IMG/VR virus record: IMGVR_UViG_3300037603_000091
Span: 1-59,381 of that record
Direction: 5' to 3' (one strand)
Source: a virus
Lineage: Duplodnaviria > Caudoviricetes
DNA: 59,381 nucleotides
Shown: positions 1 through 9,634 of the stretch, piece by piece
How the letters are laid out: every line of letters begins with the position of its first letter
Numbering within the stretch: the stretch's first letter is position 1
Program-made: the position numbers and the translations under genes
The notes under the pieces: model-generated
The model's database searches: none
Seen by the model: only the letters and a program-made list of their open reading frames with translations
What the model was told of the DNA's origin: nothing

Positions 1-127
1 TGCCGAGCACGCCGAACTCGCGAGCACCATAGTCCGTCACGCGCTCCACAACTGGACCGTCGAAGGTCTGAATGGTGCGATCGTATCCATATGACCACAC
101 TGGCTCGATGCCAGATGAGACGTTGTC
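1..127. repeat. 127-bp terminal overlap, identical to 59255..59381 (circular assembly)
   Basis: Exact match of window start and end; 127 is a common assembler k-mer; the RNR frame continues across the junction. Confidence 0.95.
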
Positions 128-1420
128 AGCGCACAGTGAGATGGTTCCGGTTGGTGCAATTGATGTCAGATGAGAGTTGCGGATGCCGTTCTTGACAATC
201 AGCTCCTGGACGTCCTCTGGGAGCCGCTGGACGTACTTGCCCTCCAGGTAGCGACCGTCGTAGAGAGGGAACGCTCCCTTCTCTCCTGCGAGGACTGCAG
301 AGGTGCGATAGCACTCGTCGCGTAGAACCGTCAGAACCTCCTCCGTGAACCTCACGAACTCGGGCGAGCCGTAGCTCCACCCTTGGGCCTCTCCAGCATT
401 GGCAAGTCCTGTGACTCCCAGTCCCATGCGCCGCTTGGCCTTGGCCTCCTTCTCCTGCTCATAGAGAGGATAGATGGCTCGGTCTACGACATTGTCCATC
501 ATTCGCACGATCGGGGCAATGTCAGCTCGGAACAGGTCCCAGTCAAAGACATGGGATCCGAAGGAGTCGGCAATGTATCGGGTGAGATTGAAGGAGCCCA
601 GGAGGCATGCACCATGCGGTGGCAGCGGCTGCTCTCCGCAGGGATTGGTTGCAGCAATCTGCTCGCAGTACCACAGGTTATTTTCTCGATTGATTGCATC
701 GATGAACAGCACACCGGGCTCGGCCCAGTCCCAGGTGGAGCGCATGATCTGCTCCCAGAGCGCTCGGGCATCAACCGTTGAGTATACACGTCCGCCGAAC
801 CTGAGATCGAACGGCTTGCCATCTCGCACACACTCCATGAACTCGTCGGTCACGGCGATTGAGATGTTGAAGCCTGTGAGCTCGGTGTCGTTGTTCTTGG
901 CGTGGATGAACTCCTCAATGTCCGGGTGGTCCACCCGAAGAACGCCCATCTGGGCGCCACGTCTGTGACCTGAGGATGCCACGCACTTGCAGACAGCATC
1001 GTAGATCTTCATGAACGAGATCGGACCAGAGGACTGGGACTTGAGCTTGGTGATCAGGTCGCCTCGCGGACGCAGGGTGCTGAAGTCGTACCCGATGCCA
1101 CCACCCATGCGCATTGTTGCTGCTGCCTGTGTGGCGCGTGACATGATGGAGCCCTCTCCCTCCACGAAGGAGTCCTCGATGGTTCCGGACACAAAGCAGT
1201 TGTATGGTGTCACGGCCTTCGGCGCGCCCATGGCAGCCTGAACTCTGCCAGCTGGCATGAATCGCATGTCGAGCAGGATGTCTCGTGTTGCATGGAAGTG
1301 CTGATCATCGTCCTTCAACGCGCTGGCCACACGGCTCATTGCCTCGCGGAAGGTCTCGCCTGTCAGGCGGTATTTTGTCTGGTGTATCTCTTGGGAAATT
1401 GGAAGCTCAGGGCCGTGCAT
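1..1420 (-). CDS. nrdJ: Class II (B12-dependent) ribonucleotide reductase, N-terminal part; continues at 59254..58959 (571 aa total)
   Basis: Hand translation from ATG 1420: MHGPELP...RFMPAGR...YNCFV...GGGIGYDFS...RRGAQM...TNPCGEQPL...SIAPTGTIS; no small subunit gene seen; absent from the ORF track because it crosses the edge. Confidence 0.9.
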   Translation of the reverse strand, partial: MHGPELPISQEIHQTKYRLTGETFREAMSRVASALKDDDQHFHATRDILLDMRFMPAGRVQAAMGAPKAVTPYNCFVSGTIEDSFVEGEGSIMSRATQAAATMRMGGGIGYDFSTLRPRGDLITKLKSQSSGPISFMKIYDAVCKCVASSGHRRGAQMGVLRVDHPDIEEFIHAKNNDTELTGFNISIAVTDEFMECVRDGKPFDLRFGGRVYSTVDARALWEQIMRSTWDWAEPGVLFIDAINRENNLWYCEQIAATNPCGEQPLPPHGACLLGSFNLTRYIADSFGSHVFDWDLFRADIAPIVRMMDNVVDRAIYPLYEQEKEAKAKRRMGLGVTGLANAGEAQGWSYGSPEFVRFTEEVLTVLRDECYRTSAVLAGEKGAFPLYDGRYLEGKYVQRLPEDVQELIVKNGIRNSHLTSIAPTGTISLCADNVSSGIEPVWSYGYDRTIQTFDGPVVERVTDYGAREFGVLG

Positions 1421-1500
1421 CTGGGTCCTCTTTGTGATTAGATTTGGAAGTGGAGGTCCGAGACGATAGCGGCCTTGGCAGTCGTAGGAAATATGGTGTC

Positions 1501-2688
1501 TCATGGCATCTTCAGGACGGTGAGCTTCTTCGCTGCTCTGGTGATTGCAGTGTAGAGCCAGCGCTTCCCATCAGCTCTGAAGGCACGTGACTCATCATAC
1601 ACGAACACGTGATCCCACTGCGATCCCTGGGCCTTGTGACAGGTCAGGGCGTACCCGAAGTCGAACTTCTCTGCCTCACTTGTCTCGTACCACTCTGGCT
1701 CCTCAGCCCAGACCTCGATCTTCTGGACCGCGCGCTCGTCGTCCTCGGGATGCATCTGCGCCAGATAGGTGCGGTCTCCCATCTCAGCCGGGGCAACAAC
1801 CTGCCAGATCTGACCATTCAACAGTCCGATCTTGTGGTTGTTCTTCAGACAGACCATCCGGTCGCCAGGAACAGGAAGGCCCTCGCGACCAAGTGCTGCG
1901 CGCATCTTGGTGTTTATCGCATGCCTCGTCTTGTTGCGTCCAACCAGGATCTGATCAGCAGCCATGAGATCGGAGCGGAAGTACTGGGACTTGGTCCCCG
2001 ATGCCCAGATGTCGCAGCCGCCATCAGAGAAGCCAGCGGGAAGAGACAGGCCCTCGCGAGCCATCGTGGCGAGCCGAATGATGGGTGACTCCTCGGCCTG
2101 TCGGTGAATCTCAGTGAGCATGGTGTCGGGCGTCGCGTTTGTGAAGGCTCCCTCTCCACCAACTGGTGGCAGCTGGGCTGGGTCGCCCAGAACAAGAACC
2201 TTGACACCAAAGCTGAGGATGTCCTCGGCCATCTGTGCATCGACCATGGAGCACTCGTCCACAACAAGAAGATCAGACTGCAAGAGCTCGCTCTCATAGT
2301 TGATGTTGAACATTGGTCTGCCAAGATTCAGCTTCTCCTGCTCTATGAGGTCAGAGACCTCCTCCAACTCTGCCAGTCTGCCCGCTGCAGCAAGGGCATC
2401 GCGCCTTGCCTCAAGCTGCTCCAGACGAGCCTTGGACTTGAAGGCAGGGACGTATATCAGCTTGTGAAGCGTCTGTGCTCCAGGACAGCCCTTCTCCCGA
2501 AGCACCAGAGCAGCCTTGCCAGTGTAGGCTGCGAAGAGTGGATTGGTGCAGGACTCTGCGAGGTGCATGGCAAGAGTGGTCTTGCCAGTTCCGGCATATC
2601 CGAAGAGCCTGTAGAGCTGCTGATCACTGTCGCGCAGCCACCTGTTCACATCTTTGAGCGCCTGCTCCTGCTGTGGTGAGAATCTCAT
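1501..2688 (-). CDS. RecD/Dda-like SF1 ATP-dependent DNA helicase
   Basis: GYAGTGKTT, VVDECSM, GDPAQLPPV, YALTCHKAQGSQW, LYTAITRA. Confidence 0.9.
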   Translation of the reverse strand: MRFSPQQEQALKDVNRWLRDSDQQLYRLFGYAGTGKTTLAMHLAESCTNPLFAAYTGKAALVLREKGCPGAQTLHKLIYVPAFKSKARLEQLEARRDALAAAGRLAELEEVSDLIEQEKLNLGRPMFNINYESELLQSDLLVVDECSMVDAQMAEDILSFGVKVLVLGDPAQLPPVGGEGAFTNATPDTMLTEIHRQAEESPIIRLATMAREGLSLPAGFSDGGCDIWASGTKSQYFRSDLMAADQILVGRNKTRHAINTKMRAALGREGLPVPGDRMVCLKNNHKIGLLNGQIWQVVAPAEMGDRTYLAQMHPEDDERAVQKIEVWAEEPEWYETSEAEKFDFGYALTCHKAQGSQWDHVFVYDESRAFRADGKRWLYTAITRAAKKLTVLKMP

Positions 2689-2858
2689 GTCAGTGGTCTC
2701 AGCTCCACGATCTTGGTGTGCTCGACTCCAGGCCTGTGATTGGCAATCTCTCGCACGACATCACAGTTTCTGGGCTTCCCCTGAGAAGATGTCACAATCT
2801 CCACCCTGGCATTCTGTGGGCACTTCTTGAGCTGCTCGATAAGTTCTTCGACGGTCAT
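2685..2858 (-). CDS. Small hypothetical protein, 57 aa (MTVEELIEQLKKCP...)
   Basis: Hand-read ORF, ATGA-coupled to both neighbours. Confidence 0.7.
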   Translation of the reverse strand: MTVEELIEQLKKCPQNARVEIVTSSQGKPRNCDVVREIANHRPGVEHTKIVELRPLT

Positions 2859-3169
2859 GCTGCGTAGTTCCTCCAGCCCTTGGTTGCGTGAAGCTGCTTC
2901 TGGCGCTTGCCAGAGTTGACATATGCCAGGATGCGACCGGAAGTCGCTCTCTTCTGAACGCTTCGCTTCTTCTCACTCTTGCGAGCGATGCGAGCCCACA
3001 TGGATATGATGCGCTGTGGCTCCCTGGAGATCTCTCCAGCGACGCAGGGAGCGAGCTGCCCCAGCTGTGCCGAGAAGCGCTTCTCAAGGTCCTCCAGTGA
3101 CTCTCCATATCCCGGCAACATCTTCTCCTTGGCGATGTCGCGAGCGGTCTCTAGTGCTGCTTGTCTCAT
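2855..3169 (-). CDS. Hypothetical protein
   Basis: ORF preceded by AGAAACGGAG RBS, fills operon. Confidence 0.7.
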   Translation of the reverse strand: MRQAALETARDIAKEKMLPGYGESLEDLEKRFSAQLGQLAPCVAGEISREPQRIISMWARIARKSEKKRSVQKRATSGRILAYVNSGKRQKQLHATKGWRNYAA

Positions 3170-3193
3170 TTCATGTTCTCCGTTTCTGAGGGA

Positions 3194-3221
3194 TGCCCGG
3201 TGATTGAAGGCTCACCGGGCA
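3194..3221 (-). terminator. 10-bp hairpin after the SSB-like gene (terminator or processing/stability hairpin)
   Basis: tgcccggtga N8 tcaccgggca; no clear U-tract. Confidence 0.45.
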
Positions 3222-3239
3222 AGGCCATCTCAGAGGCTC

Positions 3240-4067
3240 CTAGAACGGAACCTCGTCGTCATCAGCAGTGCCGCCCTTGGCATCAGACTTGTCCGCAGTG
3301 GACATGTCAGCCTTGGCCGCGCCATCAGACACCATGGCGTTGAACGCCTCAGCCTCTTGGAAGAGTGAGTCCGCAGGAGCATAGCGGCACTCCTTGGCCG
3401 TCTCTGCGTCAAACTCGATCTTGAAGTTGTGGTACTTCTGGCCCCGCTTGTTCTCATCGCGGAACGTCGTGAGACGATAGCGGTGAGCCCAGAGAGGAAG
3501 GCGGATCTTGCGACCGCCGTCCAGCGCAAGAACCTGAGAGGACGCCTTGGTCATCAGCTTCTTGTACTGCTTGAGCTTGGTTGATGTGAACGACACGACA
3601 ACGCGCTCAAAGCCGCCATCGTCATCCAGCAGGAGCGCATAGAGATAGATCGTCTCAACGAGCTCATGCTTGCCATCCGGCCCGCACCGGGGGTTCAGTC
3701 GGTCCTCAGCGGCGTCCAGCGCCTCTGTGACAAACTGCGAGTCAGGCTCGTGAATCGCAACCAGACCACCGCCGTCATCGACAGGGACCCACTCGACATA
3801 CACACGCTGACGCGCTACAGGAATGATTGCAACACCATCCGCACCAGGATAGACCGTCTCCATCACATTGTTGTAGAGGTCTCCCGCTGCGCCGTCACCG
3901 TTGCCGACCACCTCAGAGTTGGCCTGTAGCAGGTTCAGGAATGGGATTGCGAGCTCTGAGGAATCCATGCCCTCAAAGCCTGTGGCACCGTCATAGCCAT
4001 CATAGGCCGCTACTGCGCCGGAGGTGGCTTCCTTCTTTGCCACCGCTGTACTACTCTTACCAGCCAT
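3240..4067 (-). CDS. Putative single-stranded DNA-binding protein
   Basis: Acidic C-terminus DDDEVPF; IPFLNLLQ...YVEW pattern; lies in replication module. Confidence 0.6.
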   Translation of the reverse strand: MAGKSSTAVAKKEATSGAVAAYDGYDGATGFEGMDSSELAIPFLNLLQANSEVVGNGDGAAGDLYNNVMETVYPGADGVAIIPVARQRVYVEWVPVDDGGGLVAIHEPDSQFVTEALDAAEDRLNPRCGPDGKHELVETIYLYALLLDDDGGFERVVVSFTSTKLKQYKKLMTKASSQVLALDGGRKIRLPLWAHRYRLTTFRDENKRGQKYHNFKIEFDAETAKECRYAPADSLFQEAEAFNAMVSDGAAKADMSTADKSDAKGGTADDDEVPF

Positions 4068-4118
4068 TTCTTACTCCTTCTATGGCTTCTTCAACTGGGA
4101 TTTGAGAGGCCCCATGCC

Positions 4119-4667
4119 TCATCCGGTGGTTGTCTTCGCACGACGAACTCGCCGCACTCCCAACAGTTCCATCGGAATCTCCGTGCCCTCCTCAAGCTGC
4201 TCTCGAACCCAAGAGGAAAGCGTTGAGGGGTGAACACCGCGCTCGAAGCGACCCGGACGAGAGGCTCCTGCGATCATCTCGCGCGCCGCCTTCTCCTCGT
4301 CCTCACCCTTCCCGAACGCAAATATCGCCTGACGCTTCACAAGCGCGCCATGGCCGTTGTCTTCAAGCCAGTCCCAGGCAGATTCACGGTCGTCCTTCTT
4401 GGGCGACGCTGAGACCTTCTCCTCGATCTTGACCTTGACGCCGGACTTGGTGGTGAGCTCCTCGACCTCCATGTCTTCCATGCGCTCTGGGATCTTGACC
4501 TCTCGCAGCTCTCGTGCAGCGGCCTTGGCCTTCTTCAGCTCTTCTTCAAGACGCTCGACCTCCTCGTCGGCTCTCTGAAGATCGTCCACCAGCCCAGATA
4601 TGACAGCGATGGCGTTGTCGCCCGCGCCGGACTGTTCCTTGGTCCAGTTGTCCCAGTCGTTGCTCAT
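4119..4667 (-). CDS. Hypothetical phage replication-module protein (coiled-coil N-terminus)
   Basis: AWDWLEDNGHGALVK and VHPSTLSSWVRE motifs typical of genes beside the SSB in this phage type. Confidence 0.7.
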   Translation of the reverse strand: MSNDWDNWTKEQSGAGDNAIAVISGLVDDLQRADEEVERLEEELKKAKAAARELREVKIPERMEDMEVEELTTKSGVKVKIEEKVSASPKKDDRESAWDWLEDNGHGALVKRQAIFAFGKGEDEEKAAREMIAGASRPGRFERGVHPSTLSSWVREQLEEGTEIPMELLGVRRVRRAKTTTG

Positions 4668-4933
4668 GCTGTCACAAACTCCTCTCTGTGGCGGGCCAGG
4701 ATCGTGTCCCGGAACCAGTTTCCGCCTGTTCCTGTGTCGGGGAAGCCCAGGTCAACATGGGCGCTGAACATCTCAATTGACATGCCCTCGTACGGCGTGT
4801 GTCGAATAAGCTTCTTCTCACCTGTCTCAGTGTGGCGGGCCTCATGCCAGATCTTGCAGACATCGTCGTCACAGTCTGTCTCAGTCCAGTACTCCCAGTA
4901 CTTGTAGGTGAATCTGTGCTCTTTGGTTTCCAT
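4664..4933 (-). CDS. Hypothetical protein (start METKEH)
   Basis: AGAAACGGAG RBS and putative promoter upstream of ATG 4933. Confidence 0.65.
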   Translation of the reverse strand: METKEHRFTYKYWEYWTETDCDDDVCKIWHEARHTETGEKKLIRHTPYEGMSIEMFSAHVDLGFPDTGTGGNWFRDTILARHREEFVTA

Positions 4934-4958
4934 GATTACTGCTCCGTTTCTGAGAGCA

Positions 4959-4987
4959 TGCATGCCCGACCGTCCGACAGAAGTAAA
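4959..4987 (-). promoter_or_regulatory. Putative sigma70-type promoter TTTACT-N17-CATGCA
   Basis: Same -35 and spacing as other copies in the genome; weak -10. Confidence 0.4.
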
Positions 4988-5326
4988 CTAAGAAATATCT
5001 GCCTCAACAGGAACGTATCTTCCCTGATGTCCGTTCCACTGCAGCATGTTGACACGACCATCGTTGATGTCAGCAGCAATCGAACACGCAAGTGCCATCA
5101 AGATCGGATTGCCAATGCAGAGGATGAAGTCGTCGTCTCCATAGTTCTCCAACTTGACGTACAGCTCCTCGATTATGGGCTCAGGGTTGAATGGCTTCGC
5201 AGTCGGAGACAGCAGCTCAACCAGCTCACCATGCTCCTCAGCGGGTGTGATGTCGAACACAGGCTCTATCTCACCTGTGTCTCGGTTCCGGCGCTTGGCC
5301 AGCTGGACTACATAGACGTGAGCCAT
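4988..5326 (-). CDS. Hypothetical protein downstream of helicase
   Basis: ORF overlapping helicase stop, alpha/beta pattern. Confidence 0.75.
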   Translation of the reverse strand: MAHVYVVQLAKRRNRDTGEIEPVFDITPAEEHGELVELLSPTAKPFNPEPIIEELYVKLENYGDDDFILCIGNPILMALACSIAADINDGRVNMLQWNGHQGRYVPVEADIS

Positions 5327-6753
5327 TCTCTTCCCTCGTCACCCAACACAGACTGGGCGATGTCGTTCTTCTTCAACAGAGCCTCTGTGATGCGCTCGTC
5401 GATGCTGCCAGGTGCAACGATGTCAATATAGCTCACAGGATGCTCCTGGCCAATCCGGTGCGCTCTGTCTTCTGACTGAAGACGATCGGTCAGCTTGAAG
5501 GAGTTGCTGTAGTAGATGACCGTCGTGGCAGCGTGGAGCGTGAGACCAGTGCCTGCAGCTGCGGGGTTGGCGACGAACCACTTGGCATCTCCATTCTGGA
5601 AGCGTTCAATAGCATCCGCCCGATCTTCTGTCGAAGTTCCTCCATCATATCGAACCGCACTCTCTCCAAGTGCCTCACAAATGCTGTCGATGTCTCTTCG
5701 GAATCGAGCCCAGATGATGGCCTTGCCTGCGACACCCTCACACACGTCCTTGAGGGCGTTGAGTCGAGGGTTTGTCTTGAAGGAGTGCCAGACTCCCTCG
5801 TCTGGGTCCACAGGAAGGTATCCGCAGGTGATCTGCTGAAGTCGCAGCAGGCGAACGATTGCAAGCTGGGCTGTGACAAGCTCGCCGGAGTCCAGCCAGA
5901 GCATGAACTCTTCTTTGATCTGCTCATACATCTTCTCCTGTTCTGCTGTGAGTTCGAAGTAGCGATAGCTGTACAGCTTCGGAGGAAGATCAAGTGCGTC
6001 CTCCTTGGTCACACGTGAGACGTGCGGAGCCAGGATGCCATTGAGCTCATCAACGTTGCGATAGCCAACACAGTACTCATACTCTCTTCCATTCTCCCCG
6101 GAGGTGGCCTTGCGCCACACCCCGAAGTAGTGCTTGAACGCGGCATACGCGCTGAAGCCATGCGGGTGCCAGAAGTCGGCCTGCAAGAACTTCATGATGG
6201 TGTAGACGTCCAGCGGTCCATTGGCAACAGGTGTCCCCGTGAGCACACGACGGTATGGGGCATACTTGCTGGCAGCCAGGAGCGTCTTGGTGCGCTTGGC
6301 GCTTGGCGCCTTGATGTAGTGGGCCTCGTCCAGCACGAACAGACAGCGCCGCTTCTCGAGAAACTTCTTGGCGTAGGGCTTGCCTTTCGTTGTCATGAAG
6401 GCGTTGTACGACATGGCAAGGAACGCGAGCCCAGGTGTCTCGAGGCACAGCTTCTGTCCGGCCTGGTGAAGCTTGGTACCAGCCTTGCCTGAGTGGTAGC
6501 AGAACGGCTGCACAGGCACGTCGGATGGCATGTGAGCGGGAAGCTCCTTCGAGATCCAGTTGGTGTGCACCCCGTTGGGCGCGACCACGAACACAGCATC
6601 GATCAGCCCCTGTCTGTACAGCCACTGGGCGGTGTCAATTGTGAGCTTGGTCTTGCCAGTGCCCTGCTCCCACAGGATGGCGCGCATCTCCTCTTCGCGG
6701 GAGATGTCCCACTCTGTGCGCTGGTGCTCGAAGGGCTCGAATGTGAACTGCAT
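5308..6753 (-). CDS. SNF2-like SF2 DNA helicase
   Basis: EQGTGKT, LDEAHYIK, LTGTP, GTGLTL, QSEDRAHRIGQ. Confidence 0.92.
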   Translation of the reverse strand: MQFTFEPFEHQRTEWDISREEEMRAILWEQGTGKTKLTIDTAQWLYRQGLIDAVFVVAPNGVHTNWISKELPAHMPSDVPVQPFCYHSGKAGTKLHQAGQKLCLETPGLAFLAMSYNAFMTTKGKPYAKKFLEKRRCLFVLDEAHYIKAPSAKRTKTLLAASKYAPYRRVLTGTPVANGPLDVYTIMKFLQADFWHPHGFSAYAAFKHYFGVWRKATSGENGREYEYCVGYRNVDELNGILAPHVSRVTKEDALDLPPKLYSYRYFELTAEQEKMYEQIKEEFMLWLDSGELVTAQLAIVRLLRLQQITCGYLPVDPDEGVWHSFKTNPRLNALKDVCEGVAGKAIIWARFRRDIDSICEALGESAVRYDGGTSTEDRADAIERFQNGDAKWFVANPAAAGTGLTLHAATTVIYYSNSFKLTDRLQSEDRAHRIGQEHPVSYIDIVAPGSIDERITEALLKKNDIAQSVLGDEGREWLTSM

Positions 6754-6840
6754 CTATGTCTCGCTTTCTTGCCGTGAACTGTAGGCTGATCTCGGCTCCG
6801 AGCGATACGCCCAGGAGCGCTCGTGATGTCGATTGTTGCC

Positions 6841-7076
6841 AAAGGGAGTAAAGGGGAGTAATTTTCCTGTTAACCAAAGTAGCCTAAACCACTGAAAATA
6901 AAGGCTTTACTCCCCTTTACTCTATTTACTCTATATAAAAGTAATAGAGTTAGTTTCCTGCGACAGCGGTCGGATGGAAAGATGGAGAGCGATGGGGAGT
7001 ATTCAGAGTAAAAGGGAGTAGCACCCTGTAATTGCTAGTGTTTTGCTACTCCCTATGGAGTTTGAAAGGGGAGTAG
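6841..7076. repeat. GAGTA iteron element 1 (putative replication origin or other cis element)
   Basis: About 10 GAGTA/TACTC units; 16-bp inverted repeat 6846..6861 / 6907..6922; AT-rich core; 33-bp identity with 41047..41079. Confidence 0.8.
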
Positions 7077-7077
7077 G

Positions 7078-8946
7078 CTACGCCCGATATCTTCCGTTCC
7101 ACACCGTCAGCATGGTGCGGCATCCGTTCGGATAGGTCAGAATGTGACTGATGGAGTGCCCAGACGGACCTGACATGAACGCAAAGTCGAGGTGGCAGGC
7201 ACCTGCCGACCACACGTCATTGTCGATTGTTGCAGTGTGGTCGTGACCCTTGTTGATCTTGCGACCCAGCTTTGTGAGGTTGCGTGTGGAGCCACGAGCA
7301 CCATTTGGACCCTCGTCACCATGCAGGGAGAACTCGATGCCCACCAGCTCGAATGGCTCATCTGGCTTGAGGAACTCGATGCCCTCGTTCAGTCCGGAGC
7401 GCTTGAGAGCCCACTCGCTGTACTGCCACTGCTCTTCTGACTCCATGGCCTCGATGCGCGCAAGCCATGCGGTGAAGAAGTGCTTCGCATTGAGAAGGTC
7501 GTCCTTCCAGTTGGCGTCGTCAAGCCACTTCTCGCCATGCCGGTCGTGGTTCGAGTTGACAACGTACATCTGAGTGTGTCTTCCGGCGTCGTCGAACTCG
7601 TTTGCAACCTGTGCGGTCAGGCTGTTCTCGCCATCCACACTCTCCTCGCCACGCAGCATCTTCTCGTACATGCGCGAGGGAACCTTCATCTCATGGTGTG
7701 ATCGCGAGCGGAACGAGAGCAGATCGTGCATGAACTGATTCTCAGGCTCCAGGTCTTCAAGAATGGCGCAGCAGTCGCCAATGACCTCTTCCTCGATCTC
7801 GGCTGCATGAACGTCGCCCCAGTTGATGGCAATCGGACGAACGCCCCGAGTGATCTTTCCATCGTAGCGAGTTGTCAGATCATAGAAGACGCCGCTCTGA
7901 TCAGCCTCTAGCTGACGCACCCACCAGTTGCCGACCGAGTCCACCTCGACGAGCAGCGCGCTGTAGGAGTGCCAGAACTCGGCCTTCAGGCCTGCCCGCT
8001 TCTGAATGTAGTTGCGCTGAGTCACAGTGCCAGTCGTCCAGTTGAACTTGGTTGGCTCCTTCTTCAGCGATGCGACAGAGCGCATTGCCAGCTTTGCATG
8101 CGGGAAGATGCCCGACTCTCGACGGGTGTATCCCTCCAGCGATGTCAGCGGAGAGCTGTCTGTTGGCAGGATGTTCATCTCAGAGCACCAGACGAGCCCA
8201 GGAGCAAGTCGATATCTCTCTGGGCGACCCGGCCCATCGCAGAAGTGCGGTGCCAGGTGATCGTCGTACCAGCAGGATGCAAGGTCGTCCTGGGTTGGCG
8301 CGTGTCCCACCTTGACCGACTTCGCATTCGCATAGGATGACTTGTTGTAGGTGTATCGCGCGACCATGATCTCGGCCTTGAGATCCTCGGCGGCCAGCAG
8401 CAGGTTGTTCCAGAATGCCTCGTGAACAGGCGTGTTGTTCTGGGCACTCGTCAGGATGTAGCGCTTGACACGTCCATCCTCCGGAAGGGGAAGGTCCTTG
8501 GGCTCTCGGTACTCGACGCGCCCACCAGCCGTTGGCAGGTGCATGTTGTTCTTGCGAAGAATCTTCTTGAGTGTGGCATGCCCAATGCCAAACTGCTCCA
8601 TGGTGGCATTGACTGCCCTGTCATTCTCCAAGTAGAAGGCGCATATGGCCCCCTCGTCGTGGCCGGGCCTGCTGGTGTCAATGTTGTGCTCAGCCAAGAC
8701 CCTGCGTATTGTCCGCTCACCGTATGGGAGCTGTGCGAAGGTTGCTGCCAGCGTCCCCTCTCGACGATAGGTGTCGACGACGAGTACCTCGTCCACCTCC
8801 GTCTCGCTCTCCTTGCGAAGATCTCCTGCGTACTTTCGGACGGTTTCCGCGCCCACTTGGCAGATGCGAGCTGTCTCAGCTGCGTTCTGCTTTTCTGAGA
8901 AGACGCGCCGAATCTCAGCGATCTTCTGCTCAGTTAGTTGTGACAA
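7078..8946 (-). CDS. Metallophosphoesterase-fold protein with N-terminal HTH repeats, resembling T5 A1
   Basis: ILTSAQNNT, WGDVH, MHDL, NSNHDRH, LHGDEGPNGARGS, GHDHT motifs; TTG start. Confidence 0.7.
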   Translation of the reverse strand: MSQLTEQKIAEIRRVFSEKQNAAETARICQVGAETVRKYAGDLRKESETEVDEVLVVDTYRREGTLAATFAQLPYGERTIRRVLAEHNIDTSRPGHDEGAICAFYLENDRAVNATMEQFGIGHATLKKILRKNNMHLPTAGGRVEYREPKDLPLPEDGRVKRYILTSAQNNTPVHEAFWNNLLLAAEDLKAEIMVARYTYNKSSYANAKSVKVGHAPTQDDLASCWYDDHLAPHFCDGPGRPERYRLAPGLVWCSEMNILPTDSSPLTSLEGYTRRESGIFPHAKLAMRSVASLKKEPTKFNWTTGTVTQRNYIQKRAGLKAEFWHSYSALLVEVDSVGNWWVRQLEADQSGVFYDLTTRYDGKITRGVRPIAINWGDVHAAEIEEEVIGDCCAILEDLEPENQFMHDLLSFRSRSHHEMKVPSRMYEKMLRGEESVDGENSLTAQVANEFDDAGRHTQMYVVNSNHDRHGEKWLDDANWKDDLLNAKHFFTAWLARIEAMESEEQWQYSEWALKRSGLNEGIEFLKPDEPFELVGIEFSLHGDEGPNGARGSTRNLTKLGRKINKGHDHTATIDNDVWSAGACHLDFAFMSGPSGHSISHILTYPNGCRTMLTVWNGRYRA

Positions 8947-9204
8947 TTAGCTGCCTCCGTTGGACCATGACTGGAAGAACAAAAGTATAGCTGTCGCAAG
9001 CGCTGTGCCCAATGCTGACAGGCCTCCCCATAGCACTCTTCCTGTCACCTTTCCCGTGCCCAGGCGGAGGCGACGGAGGTAGGCGAAGTCCTGCTGCATC
9101 TCGAGAGCGTTCTCATGGTCGATCCCAAGAGTCGTCAAGACACGACGGACGCCATCAACGACAGCGTCCTCAACCTCATCTTTTGTAATTGGGTCACTGC
9201 TCAT
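8947..9204 (-). CDS. Small membrane protein of the lysis cassette
   Basis: C-terminal hydrophobic helix; follows spanins. Confidence 0.65.
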   Translation of the reverse strand: MSSDPITKDEVEDAVVDGVRRVLTTLGIDHENALEMQQDFAYLRRLRLGTGKVTGRVLWGGLSALGTALATAILLFFQSWSNGGS

Positions 9205-9634
9205 CCGTCAACTCATCCCGATAGTAGGTGAGTTGGTCCATGGCATCCTGGGCCCATCTCACGATCTCTGCAAGATTGAGAGATAGCCGCTCAACATCTT
9301 CAGGGCTCGCGACAAACACCTCTTCATTCAATGATTCACCCGGCTTTAGAGCACGGAACTCAATTTCAGCGAACTCAATCGGATCCGGAAGAGGAAGCGG
9401 TGGCTTCTTGGGCTCGGGAAGTTCGATCGGGACAGTCCTGACCTCCACCGGAGGTGGCACACTCGAGCAGGCTGCCAAGCTCATTGACAATAGAACTAGC
9501 AGCAGTCCCAGCTGCGGCAGGATCGGAGGCGGCAAGCGCGTTGAGATCGACTGCGTCAAGCTCCTCAGCCAGTCTAGAGACTCGTGCCCGATTGGCAGCG
9601 GCTCTTGTCTGTAGGGTTGCAACATCATCACCAA
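9194..9634 (-). CDS. o-spanin (Rz1-like lipoprotein); true start uncertain
   Basis: Lipobox LLSMSLAAC, Pro-rich stretch, overlaps i-spanin in another frame. Confidence 0.7.
   Translation of the reverse strand: MVMMLQPYRQEPLPIGHESLDWLRSLTQSISTRLPPPILPQLGLLLVLLSMSLAACSSVPPPVEVRTVPIELPEPKKPPLPLPDPIEFAEIEFRALKPGESLNEEVFVASPEDVERLSLNLAEIVRWAQDAMDQLTYYRDELTDEQ

Noticed and set aside
3166-3174. ATG AAA TGA minigene
   Set aside because: First ATG is too close to the RBS; the ATG at 3169 has normal spacing
6859-6874. Fourth CtrA box in iteron element 1
   Set aside because: Only one TTAA half-site; partner has two mismatches and lacks the shared downstream geometry
6841-7076. GAGTA arrays as CRISPR
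   Set aside because: Units are 5-10 bp in both orientations with no regular unique spacers, and no cas genes are present
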